Assembly: GCA_910592345.1 (NCBI GenBank)
Contig: CAJVPI010000248.1
Location: forward strand, 1 to 38,995
Source of the DNA: Paraglomus brasilianum
Lineage: Eukaryota
DNA: 38,995 nucleotides
Reading direction: 5' to 3'
In this document: piece by piece, positions 12,510-27,301 of the stretch
Layout: each line of letters begins with the position of its first letter
Position numbering within the stretch: the stretch's first letter is position 1
Position numbers and translations under genes: made by a program
Notes under the pieces: generated by a model
What the model was told of the DNA's origin: nothing
Seen by the model: only the letters and a program-made list of their open reading frames with translations
Database searches by the model: none

Positions 12510-14013
12510 GGTTTGTCAAAACAGTCGAATGTTGAGGATGTGTGCAACAAAAACCAAAAGTTTACCACATCACACTCCCGTATTACACAACATTTACACG
12601 GGAATGTGGGTAAATTCCCCAGACACATATTAGTATACTGTTTACCAAATTAAGTATAACAATAAAAGAATAAATCTGCGCTTACTTTGAAGATGTTATT
12701 TGAATATTAATATTATTAAAAGATAAATTACTTTACTCCATTTGCTGATTTTGCGTTAACGTTTGGGCAAGACAACTGGTATGCTTAGGAAAATGTATTG
12801 TTGCATATCCAATTACGGAGTAGGTAGTCAATTAAGCTAATATTTCTTATAACCATATTACTAATTACGTCAACTTAAACTATTGACGTGTAATATTAAA
12901 TAATAAAATTAATTAAAATATAAAATGTGCCTTTACTATTACTACCGATTCTTTTCTAAGTCAGTTTGTGAAACGATTAAGAAATGTCGCGATTACTTAT
13001 TATCATCTTGCAAAGCACTATGCCACCTTCTTGCCATACTTTGAGATAAGGGGGTTTGCATGTCCTCATGCAAACGCCTAGAATGTTAGCATACTCCCAT
13101 GTAATACTGCGTATCGTGACGTAATAAAAATTAATTAGGTTCATCGGCAAGAAAGATACAGAGAATAATTGTATGTATGGTGAAGAATCCGTGTTGCTCG
13201 ATAATTGGTTCATCTTTTTGTTCTCTTTTCCTGGTAAGCTTATTCGCCAAATGCAAACTTTATTTGCTGGTTTAATTTTCGTTCTAGCCTTTAGTCAGCT
13301 TCCTAACGAAATTTAGTAACATTGATAGTAGGATGCATGCTAATGCTACAGACAAAACGACATGCGGTTACAAAATTATGGGTATTGTCGTTGGAATAAC
13401 CAACCTAAATGATCGCACGCGTTAATCATACGGGGAAATACATAATAAAGCTGCATCGCGATAAAAGGTGACTTTCAACATGCCCGTGTATCTCTTCATA
13501 AACCGGAACAGGATGGCTGGCTTTGATACGACGATAGTGAATAGAAGTTTCTAATTTATGTAGCCGAGCCAGGAGATTTAGTCGGTTATTCGTAGAAATT
13601 AAGTCTGCACATCGTGCAGGAATAATAGTTGTGTTGTAGAAGAAGCTATGCTTATGTTATGGAACTTGCAGAAGACTGATGTAATGTTAGATGCCTTGAC
13701 ACTGCAATTTCCTTCTTTTTATAATGCATTCATATTGTTCACAATTGATACTTGAAGTATTTATATTATACCAATCCGTTTCCATTTTTCATAGTAACCT
13801 AAGTTTCTTTGCGATTATATATATCCAGCGTCTAATCCAAGGTTAAATTTAATAAAATAATCAATGTGGAGTACATATTCTATGCAATTCCAAATTACAG
13901 ATGTAATTGCAACAAGTCCTTTAATTTGCTGTCTTTTTTGACATGACATTATTGACAACTTTTTAAATTTATTATTTTACGTTATTCTCAAACATTAAAC
14001 GTTCCCGTAGTAC

Positions 14014-17282
<3,269 letters not shown>

Positions 17283-19473
17283 TTTATCGTCTATCTGGCT
17301 GTATCTTTTTCAGTAAAAACTCCAAGTATTTTATCAACAAAGCAACCAACTCGTTGCAAAGATGTGTGTTTGAAAAGTGTTGGATTTTCTAGTTCAAACA
17401 GTCCACACCAAAAAGTTTTTATACCTGATGTCAGGAGAAGACAAAGGAACAAGTTAAATATGTAAAAGTGATTACGCAACCGATTACGCGATCACGATCT
17501 GTTCTAGTCCGGTTGTTGGTTTATAGAAAGTTGTCCGACCTTGAGCGCCTAAGAATGGTAATTTCGTATGGCTGTGAGTTCGGAGTTACGGAGTTTGGCT
17601 GGGTTCGTAATCCGGAGTTTTATGCCCCAAGACATTGGAAGCCTTTGTTCGCTTACTATATAAATTATTTCTACTGTAACAGACGCTTGATAAAGTTGAC
17701 TATATATTATCACGCTCCTCCGCAGCTAATAATGATACTATGTAATATGAGGTATCCCCAAAGAATAATGAATATGAGTGAATGCTACTTTTGTAGATGG
17801 CAGCGTTAAGTCCCTCGCGATAGTAGATGGCAGCGTTGACGTCTGTCAAAGTGCGGCATTGTAATTATACGTTTGGTACATGTTACTGTAGTTGGTTCTC
17901 TCAAGATGTTATCACTCATAAACCAATGTTGTGCTCGTCGAGTTCGGGGGCATACGTTCACATTAAAGTTGCGAGAAGTTGTACTAAACCCCTGATTGGT
18001 CGGAACTACATAAGACATTTCTTTCGCAAGTTTACCGTATTTATTATTATTTGTTTTTAGAATATGGTTAATGCAATGAAATATTAATATTCAGGCGTAC
18101 ATTATGTATGTAATTTCCTAATGCTATCAATTACCATTCAGTCGAATTTTTGCATAATTTGCTAACTGGTCTCGAATACAACTCCTAACGAAACAAGGTT
18201 GTCGTTGACGGGTGAATCGTATTTAATGGGGTGACAAGTAATTTAATAGTTATATGCGTAAGATACTTCACTGGACATTTTATAATTCGAGAATACATAC
18301 TTATATATGTATCCGTAGAAATAAGGCCAGCTCCCCGCATGCATTCTGTGGTATCGACGTACAGTTCGAATTAACGACCGTTCAGTAATAACAATGATTA
18401 TTAATACACAGTGAACCTTCTCAAATTTGACCTATTGTAAATATTGTAAACAAAATTTTCTGGCCTCGAATTAAATTACTGTGAACATAAATATTCCATA
18501 TTGTATTAGATAGCTGCTAATAAAATTTATACCATTCTGAAGCTAAATGATCTTACTTTTCTATATAAGGTCTCCGCAATTTTTTCGGCATTACCATCAC
18601 GATGTGAAAAGGTGTAAAGTCTCACTTACGTAATCACTGCGGAAGTTCGTGAGCGTAGATGGCGTATAACCTATACTGGTCAACACCTTTGTCCAAGGTA
18701 GGCCGCAATAATCAGGTAAGAATTGGACCGGTTTTGCGCGTTACAATTGAACAGTATATACAATATAATTTTAATCAGTTGTTTAAATTAATATTTTGTT
18801 AGGAATTTGCCTTATTTCAACTCGTTGGGTGGTCATGCCAGCTGAAGAGGGAGACAATAATCAGCTGACCTTGGGATTTAGCTCTATACTTAGCCTTAAC
18901 TCTAAGAGTAAGTTTTCTAGCTCACGTGGTTAATGCGTTCTTGCTGACGATAATCCGATCCCTAAATCTCGCCATGTTCGCAGTTATGCAAGTTCTATTA
19001 ATTCGTTAGGATTCGTGTATTGTTATATGAGAACATCAAGTCGGATCATGTAGAAAATGAAGAAATTCTAATAATTATTGTTGCAACAAGCTTTTCCACA
19101 AATACCTTATCCGTTAGCAGACGCGTCTGATTTTGTATCACATGTGGATCACCTGATAGTCAATTAGAGCCAATAAATAGGTGGTCTCCCCATAATGTTT
19201 CCATTTTATCTAGCGTTAATAGCAGCTATATGTGTATAACTGGTATTGAGACTTTGGATATAGTGAAACTTGTCAGAAGAATGATAATCTTTGTTATAGT
19301 TATAGGAATTTCTGTTATTATTATAACGAATAACCATCCTAACGACAGCAAATATACATATTAATATGAATCATAATAAATAACATTTATTGTTTATAAA
19401 CTTCTCTACATATAACGGGGTAATATCCAACAAATATCTATCTTATTGACAATCAGCGAATCAATTGAATATT

Positions 19474-21647
19474 TCATGAGTTTGCTGAGGTGAGTTTTTC
19501 AAGATCTTTTTCCGCGAAGTAATGTTTCTGATTAGCCGCCAACTGATAAAATTCCTTTGCTTTCTTTAAATCTTTTTCTACGCCAATTCCAGATTCATAG
19601 CATTTACCAAGGCGCCATTGTGCATCACTACCATTCGCATTAGCAGCCTTTTCATACAACTCAATTGCTTTTTTCGTATCCTTGGTCACTCCACTACCAG
19701 TTTCATAACATTCTCCGAGAGCAGCTTGTGCTTTTAGATGGGTTTGATCAGCTGCCAGTTTATAAAGTGCAACTGCTTTGTGATCATCCACCAACACCCC
19801 ATAAGCGTAGTAATAACAATATCCAAGCTTGTATTGAGCATCAGCAAAACCTTGATCCGCTGCTTTCTGATAACACTGAGTAGCTTCCCACATATCTGTG
19901 TTCACTCCAATACCCTTATAATAACATTCACCAAGCTGATATTGAGCGATTACGTGGCCCTGATCTGATGCTTTTTTAAAGAATTCAACTGCTTTCCCTT
20001 TATCCGTATATACTCCTTTACCCTTTTGGTACCATATAGCAATAAGACATTCTGCAGGTGCATAGCCCAAATTGGCTGCTTCTTCAATAATCTTTGACGC
20101 TCTGATTATGTCTGAACTCACTCCCCATCCGTTAACAAAACACATTCCAAACCAAAATGTTGCTTGTTTGTTTCCTTTTTTATATGAGCGCATAAAATAA
20201 TTGTGCGCGTTATTTCGATTTACAACAGTTCCTACACCACCTGCATTAAATAATCCAACCAAAAAGATACATTTATCACAGTCTTCGTGAGACGTCAGCT
20301 GACTGAGAGTATCATCTTCCTTATGATTGTTTTCATCGAGCCAACTTTTAATTTTTCTAATTATCCCCTTAAATGTAGCACCTTGCAATGACTCAATATC
20401 GTGAACCTTTATTATCTGGATAGCAAGCTTATGACCTCGTAATTCTACCTTTTTCACCGTTTGATCAGTCTTTTTTATTGAAGCCTCATTGGATGATTCT
20501 TGGTGAAGCTGTGCTTGTTCTTGCGCTTGTTTAACGATTAAATCCAATCTCTTATATACTTCTTCGCAATCTGGTCGTTTGTTGGGATCACGATCCCAAC
20601 ATTGTGAATATAAACTGACATACTCTTCAGGTCTTACGGGGGCATCCTCATCCTCATCCTCATCATCAGGACGGCGGTCATGTATAAATACACCGATCGT
20701 GATCTGAGCGTCGTCCATATCCTTAAACGGTCTTTCACCGCTAGCTATTTCCCAAAGAAGTATTCCTAAACTGTAAATATCAGATTTCTTTCCGCGTTTG
20801 TACTCACTGTTTTTTGTTTGTGGATCCATATATGCCACTTTCCCGAGACGATTGGATGTGGGCACTATATTTGCAAGCTCACTAGAGCATCCAAAATCAG
20901 CCAGTTTTGCAGTTTCCTCATGAACAAGAATGTTGCTGGAACACTACACGAAAACGTAGAGTACATCATTTAGTAAGCATCTACGGGAGAAAACTACTTA
21001 TATTATAGTAGAATGACATACCAAATCTTTATGGATGATGTGCTCATTATGCAAATATTTCAACGCATTCGTAACTTCTAGACCTAGTCTTGTTCTATCT
21101 CTCCACGGTAAATCCTTGTGATCCATCAGATAGTCATGTAGAGTTCCTCCATTTGCAAACTCAAAGATCATGCTATATGTGAACCCCTCACCTAATGCTA
21201 ATAGTATAAAATTGTTGAAACTATTGATATATCAATAGGCAGTAAAGACAGTCAACTTAATCATTGAGACTTACTTTTGTTTAGTCCAAGAAATCGAATG
21301 ATATTTGGGTGATTGTTTACTTCCTTATGATATTTGAACTACAGCACGATAATTTGGTATTTGTTATCTAACTCATGAAAGCTGATTGGCAATAAGAAAA
21401 CACGATGACTAACCTCCTGAACAAATGCAGCATATATTTTGCCACTCTCATTTTTATTTACAGGACGTAATGATTTCATTGCAACGGTGATTCCTGATAG
21501 TTTGTCCGTTGCTTTGTGGACAACTCCGAATCCACCACTTGCAATCTCCTCTTTATTGATGAGATTTTCGTCTGGATAATGCTTGATATACTTAGAACTC
21601 ATTTCCAAGTATTTAATAGGATCTTCGGGTTCTTGGGATGAAGACAT
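19474..21647 (-). CDS. Tyrosine-kinase-like (TKL) protein kinase with C-terminal Sel1-like repeats, 4 exons
   Basis: Gly loop IASGGFGVV, VAMK lysine, HPNIIRFLG, EFANGGTL, catalytic loop HKDL|CSSNILV, KLADFG, AYMDPQ, SDIYSLG, CWDRDPNKRP, followed by seven 36-aa Sel1 repeats. Confidence 0.92.
19516..20271 (-). repeat. Seven tandem 108-bp (36-aa) Sel1-like repeats within the kinase CDS
   Basis: AQYxLGxCYxxGxGVxxDxxKAxxxYxKAAxQG pattern at exact 36-aa spacing. The N-terminal copies are more degenerate than the C-terminal ones. Confidence 0.9.
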
Positions 21648-22570
21648 GTTTTTGACGATTGTTGAGTCAAAGTCTCTCTCTCGCACGTTTGGCAAATAAT
21701 AGTAAAAAAACATGTAGCATTGAATACGAATCCGGAATGTCACACAGTTTCAAGCATATACATATTGTTGTCCGTCATATGGTCACTAATAAAGTAAGAA
21801 GTATTTCTATATAGGGACATTCTATAGACGCAAAACACATGCCAAACCCTTATAAACACAATGAAGTCGGTTCCAAGTCGTCGATTATGTGTAGTCAACT
21901 CAATGGTCCGATGTCGTAGATTAAATGTTTTCCTGGCTTTGCTCGATTACAGATTGTCGCGTTTGAAGATTTGCATAAAAGTATCTCGACTCGCCATCTT
22001 GAGCGTTATTAAGCTCCTTCTTTTTATCAGTCTGAGTATCTGATTTCGATAAAAATTCGGAAACAGAAGATTCAGAATATTGACAAAAAGTAACTTCTGA
22101 TAGAATGTATCAGGCACGTAGGAGTTCCAGACCATAGGCTTTTAAAAGCTAAACTGATGACAGGCTCAGATTAACTCGGGGACACACACAATTGCTTTAT
22201 CCTGTCGACCGTTTCTACAAGGATCGCGTTAGACAGCGCGTCCTTATCTGTATACATAAAGAGAAAAGAACATTATACAATTATATGTGACATGGTTGTG
22301 TGGACTATCCATCGTACAGGTTAGTATATTTATAACGTTATTATTCTTCTATTCTAGCTTTTAGTAGCACGGCATCAATTAATAATTCAAATTGACGATG
22401 CCAAAAATTATTATTATCTTGTTTTTAATAGTGATATGCCAGTCAGTGTATATAACAGTGTGAAACAACTGAACATATGCATAGTAGATTTACAAAAGGT
22501 TTCAACCGAGAATTGATTTGACGTGGGATATCTGCATCATGATCCTCTAGATCCAACTAGCTACGTAGTT

Positions 22571-23576
22571 TTACTTATGCGAATCATGTTCCTCTTTGTT
22601 TTGTGACTGTACGCGTTTTGCCTTGGTATTAGCTATCACACCAAATATGAAGCTGAGCAGAATGGAATCAAGAGATTAGATAATAGTATCAAGTGGTCAT
22701 TGACAATCTTTAAGAAAAACGCTAGTTATGGTCAGTCAAGTGCAACCGAGAATTCTTACCCGACACAGTTAAAGAATGGCACCCACAATTGTGGAGGTAA
22801 GAACTTCTGAGCAAATCCAATAGCAATAGGAGAGACAGTCCAAGACATTGTCAGAATAGGTAAGATAGATCGTTTAACAGACGCATATATTTGCCCTGGT
22901 TTACTCATTCCAGCTATGATAGCCATAGCTATCAAATAGACTAATGATAGAGTACGTGTTAGAATGTCATATACAAGCTACATTTTGCCGAATGAAGTAT
23001 ACGGATCATGACGATAAATGAAGCTTCTACCTGTGTTCTGAATAGGAGTGATAAGTACTTGAGAGGCAACAATCTGCAACAGCTTGGCGCCAGCGCCAGT
23101 ACGTCCTTTAAACGCTCTATTCAGTGTCTCAAACATGACATGATTAAGAGGGCCGCTGATAAAGAAACCTGAATGAATGCGTTGTAAAGCAAGCAAACAC
23201 ATTCTCTGTATCAGCTTAGTGGCAGTCCCAAATCATCTCCGAAGCACCAACACATCATAATCGCTATATCATTACTATCAAAGTCTCTCTAATCCAAACC
23301 GTCGCCCCATTATCCACTCAATTACCAACCATACAAAGCCATCTTAACAACCTTCTCGTCGAGACCTGCATAATTGCCTATGTAATCCGCTCTCCTTTTC
23401 CCTTTTCGCTGTCGACTAGTGCCACTCAACTCCTGAGCAACATACTCTTGTAATCCGGATAGTAAACCCGAAGTTATTGCTTTTGTTCGTAGAGGATGTG
23501 TTTGTAGTTGGTTCAAATACCCAAGCAGCAGAGCTTTCGGAAGGGATTGAGATTGTATTTTCGATTGATTTGACAT
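22571..23576 (-). CDS. Mpv17/PMP22 family (peroxisomal-type) membrane protein, 4 exons
   Basis: YLNQLQTHPLRTKAITSGLL..KMALYG|FFISGPLNH..QVLITPIQNT|VYLIAMAII..SWTVSPIAIGFAQKFLPPQLWVPFFNCVG|FIFGVIAN. Stop TAA at 22571-22573. Confidence 0.88.
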
Positions 23577-23924
23577 TCTTTTCTTGCTTCGGCAATGGTG
23601 TGAAAATGGATAATTATCGGAGGGGGATGAGGATCTTTATTTAGGGTGAAGGCGTGAGATCGCATTTCTATTTCCGATATTATATCAGGTGATGTTTAAA
23701 TATGTGAAATTTTTGATGATAAACATTAATTACGTTATTTTGCGGAGACTAAACTTAATTTCGTAATTGAGCAAGCACAATGCAGCCTTGTTGAAAGGTT
23801 GCAACTTGCTGCGCCAATGGCCACCTCTCGTGACAATCACTAATTACAATTTTTTTTGTGCCCCTCGCACTTTTTTGTTAATAATACCTTACGTACTATA
23901 TAATAACTACACATCGCCAACTAT

Positions 23925-24831
23925 ATGGCATCAGAGACAAAACCGAGAGGAATACTCAAAAACACATCAATCAATTTACAGCCAAAGACACCAAAGTACG
24001 TTCAGGTTACGATTATAGTTGGTTTTGTAGTTTGTTCGCACTAATCGGGGTTTCTGCTGTTCTGTAGACTAAAATGGGACGAAGACAATTTGCAATATAC
24101 GGAATCTCAAAAGTCGGCGACAATGAAAATAACAGAGCCTCCGACCCCGTATATTCGTTACAACCAGGAGACAGATGAAATCATGACTGATTTAGAGAGT
24201 AAGCTTCCCGTACTTTATGATTGCCAACTTTCCTTTTCTCGACTTACTGTTGTCTGAACGAATGCTTCCAATCTATTACTTTATAGCCATTCCAGGGTTA
24301 GCCTTGGGTTCGTCTAGTGTCTCTCCCGTTGGATCAATGTCGTCTTCGTCACCATCATCAGCACACTTTCCTGATGATATCAAGGACGACGATTGGTCCG
24401 GCGATGAAGATGATGAGGAAGGTAAAGAGAGCTTTGTCATGTGAACTCTTTGTTGTCTATAAAAGTAGTAAGCTTAATGAATATATTCCAGAATGAATGC
24501 ATGTAGATATTACAATAACAAATATCAATCCACTTTTATCATAGCTCGTGAGAAACATCGCAAATTCCTTCAAATGCGTGCACAGCACTACAACATGAAA
24601 GAGGCCATACGCATGGCACATAAACTACTCGAAGAGGAAGATGACGAGGGTGGTTATGAAAACTCGGCAGCCAATGGAGGAAATTATTATAAGGAAGAAG
24701 AGGAGGAAGAGAAAGAGGAGGGTGAAGATAACAAAAAGGAGGAGAGGGAGAAAAAATACACAAGTAAAGAGTATATGGATGAATGGAACAAGATAAAGGC
24801 ATCAGCATCAGATCGGATGGATACACGGTAG
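23925..24831 (+). CDS. Protein phosphatase 1 inhibitor-2 (IPP-2/Glc8 family), 4 exons
   Basis: [13 protein letters not shown] (SILK-type motif), [18 protein letters not shown] phospho-site motif, [11 protein letters not shown] (FxxxRxxHY helix) and acidic tracts. Confidence 0.92.
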
Positions 24832-25023
24832 TTAAGTGTTTGGAATAAGTTTATATTAATGTTAATGATACGTCGATAACAAATCGTGAACAGTTTGAAA
24901 TAAGATTATATTAATACTAATGGTATGTCAATGACAAATCTTTAAATGTATTCTACGATTCTTTGTATTCCATTTTAAACTTTTTCTTTTTCAGAAAACA
25001 CACTTCCATACAGATACAAATGT

Positions 25024-26588
25024 CTATTCTTCTAATAAATCAAAGAATTTCTCGTCATCTTTCCTTCCTTGCCAAATATTGATGATATCATTGGCCTTCA
25101 ACACGCCATGTTCAGTAACATATCCATTGATCAATTTTGGTTCTAGACTTTCAAAGTACACGTTTCTAACCCTAATATTCTTGTTTGTGCCAAATTTGCT
25201 CCAATTTTCATACATACTCACTACCTCCTCGGCTGCGTTCTCTTCTAACTGTTCTCCTTCGTCTGTAGACGCTAATTTGTCTGTCCTAGTGACCACGATT
25301 ATCGGTTTATCATGGTATTTTGCCGATAGAGCCAAGGGAAATGAACCAATCTTGTTGATTACCGTTGCATCTTTTCCTGCGATTCGATCAGCGCCAATGA
25401 TAACATGAGTGACAGTTGGCATAAAATAAGCACACGACGCATCAGTTATAATTTGTATCTCCACTCGAGGTTTAGCCGTCTCGGGCAAGTTATTGAGAAG
25501 CTTGCGCGCGAGACCTATTGAACCCTCATTGAGAGGGCGGGATTCCATGATTGTAATCTTGAGAGTATGGTCAGGGAGGGATTGGATAGATTGAATAAGA
25601 GACAAAAGTGAGGAATATATTGTCGATGAGTAACTGATGGTCATTATGTGAAGATGAGATGGGGACGATTCAGCGTTTAGAGTTAGTTGAAGGAAATGGT
25701 TAACTATCTTTCTATCTGCATCTTTCGAGGATTGTTTAATCCCATCAATGATATCTAACATTTTTTGCTCGTACTCTTCTACAGAGATCCCACTCTCATT
25801 TCCACCTTCTTGTTCTAATATTTCCCTCGACTTTGACATTACTTGCACGACTGCATATATGATAGGAGCTTTCATAGTCGGCCTAATCTGAGTAAAATAC
25901 CAACCGATATTAAGCATTGCGTAAAACATTTCTTTTGCATTTTTACAATATGTTCTCAACGACTTCAATCTAACAACTTCATCCATAGTATTCAACGCCT
26001 CGGCAGCCAATTGCTGTGCTCCAGACGATCTGTTATTATACATATCCATCAAACTGCTATGAACGTGCTCGGGGAGATACACACGATAAAAGGTCTCTAC
26101 AAGATTAGGCACGGTCTGATAATGCTCCAATTCGTCGGGAGTGATCCATTCATACTTTTCATGTTCCCAATCAATGGTGATTTTGCTAGCATCGCATAAC
26201 ACCCTAAATAGAAACGGGTGCACCTTCCAGACCGTGGATAGGTTGGGTGCGTAGATTGTCAGCACTCGGCCAACACGCACGAGTTCAAGGTCAGCCGAAG
26301 TGAGCGTAGTTTCTTCTTGGATTTCAATCAAAGCTCGTGATAGAGGTGACGTGTCGGTTGGTTCTATACTGCCACTGACAGCTGCCCAGTGATGTCTGTT
26401 GAGATACGAAATGTCTCAACGGAAATGTAATGATAAGGGAAAGAGAACGACAAGAAGTAATTTGTGTATACGCACTGATATGTACCAACTTTGTCACTTC
26501 GTTTCAGTAATAGTACTTTGTCACCTTGAGCCGAATCACTGGCTGTAGAGACTGTTAGGAAAGAAGTGACGACCCATCGTTCCCTCAT
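25024..26588 (-). CDS. Nudix hydrolase domain fused to an eIF2B-alpha/MtnA/ribose-1,5-bisphosphate-isomerase-like (IF-2B family) domain; 2 exons, 494 aa
   Basis: Intron 26396-26475 joins KVLLLKRSDKVGTYQ|HHWAAVSGSIE..RALIEIQEETTL (degenerate Nudix box). The C-terminal part has SSGA, IRPTM, MTISYSSTI, MESRPLNEG, ITDAS, IGADRI, NKIGSFPLALSAK, RNVYFE and YVTEHG, typical IF-2B family motifs. Confidence 0.88.
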
Positions 26589-27070
26589 TTTACGATCAAC
26601 GGGTTTGAAATGTTTACGATTTTAGTTATGCACCCGACTATTTATTTTGCGAGTTCGACTAGTCCGTTAATATAACGGGTACGTTTCAAGAATGAGCCTA
26701 AAGATAAATATCAAGTCGCGCGAATAAAATCGGTTCGTGATTCTTGTGAGTATTTGGAAGGTATGATAATTTTCGCCTCATTACAGATGAAATGGCTCGG
26801 TCTTACTAGCTTGACGCTAGTCATGGATATCTAAACCTATTGATTAGTAAATAGCAGCATTCTTCTAATATTTCTTTGGAAACATTATTTTTTATTAAAC
26901 CAGTCCAACTATAGAACTATAACATTTTCATTCTCAAAGTGAGTTTGTTCGTTGAACCTTTGCTAGAAAGTCGGAAACGTTTAACGCGAACAAGATATTA
27001 ATCCTCGTATATTCCATGGGTTACACCATTGCGTTAAGAAAAAAATAGGATAGCATTTATAATTAAACGT

Positions 27071-27082
27071 AATCACGTGATT
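27071..27082. promoter_or_regulatory. Palindromic extended E-box AATCACGTGATT (candidate bHLH/Cbf1-type site) in a divergent promoter
   Basis: Perfect 12-bp palindrome containing TCACGTGA, located between the divergent start codons at 26588 and 27302. Function is not demonstrated. Confidence 0.35.
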
Positions 27083-27301
27083 TTAAAGCTGAATCGATGT
27101 TAGTACATTCTCGGTCACTAGCTAGGTAGCTAATTCTCCAGAGCAGTCTTTTGATTGGTAAAAGATTATCCTCCGTTAAATGTTACACAAACAATGACAA
27201 TATCTTTTTTTCCTTACTTGGCTATAGCTAGCACATGATTTCATTGATCGATTGATTTAAAATCGAATTTAACACTTTCCTCGCTTTGACAAGAATGCAA
27301 A

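Noticed and set aside
13140..13175. GATACAGAGAA resembling the U6 snRNA ACAGAGA box
   Set aside because: The downstream GATTAGCATGGCCCCTG and the U6 5' stem and spacing are absent, so this is a chance match.
17291..18060. Short ORFs (62-113 aa) upstream of CDC48
   Set aside because: No motifs, composition like non-coding DNA, and they lie in the presumptive promoter.
22371..22402. Imperfect inverted repeat GGCATCAATT...AATTGACGATGCC
   Set aside because: Short and bulged in AT-rich DNA, which is expected by chance.
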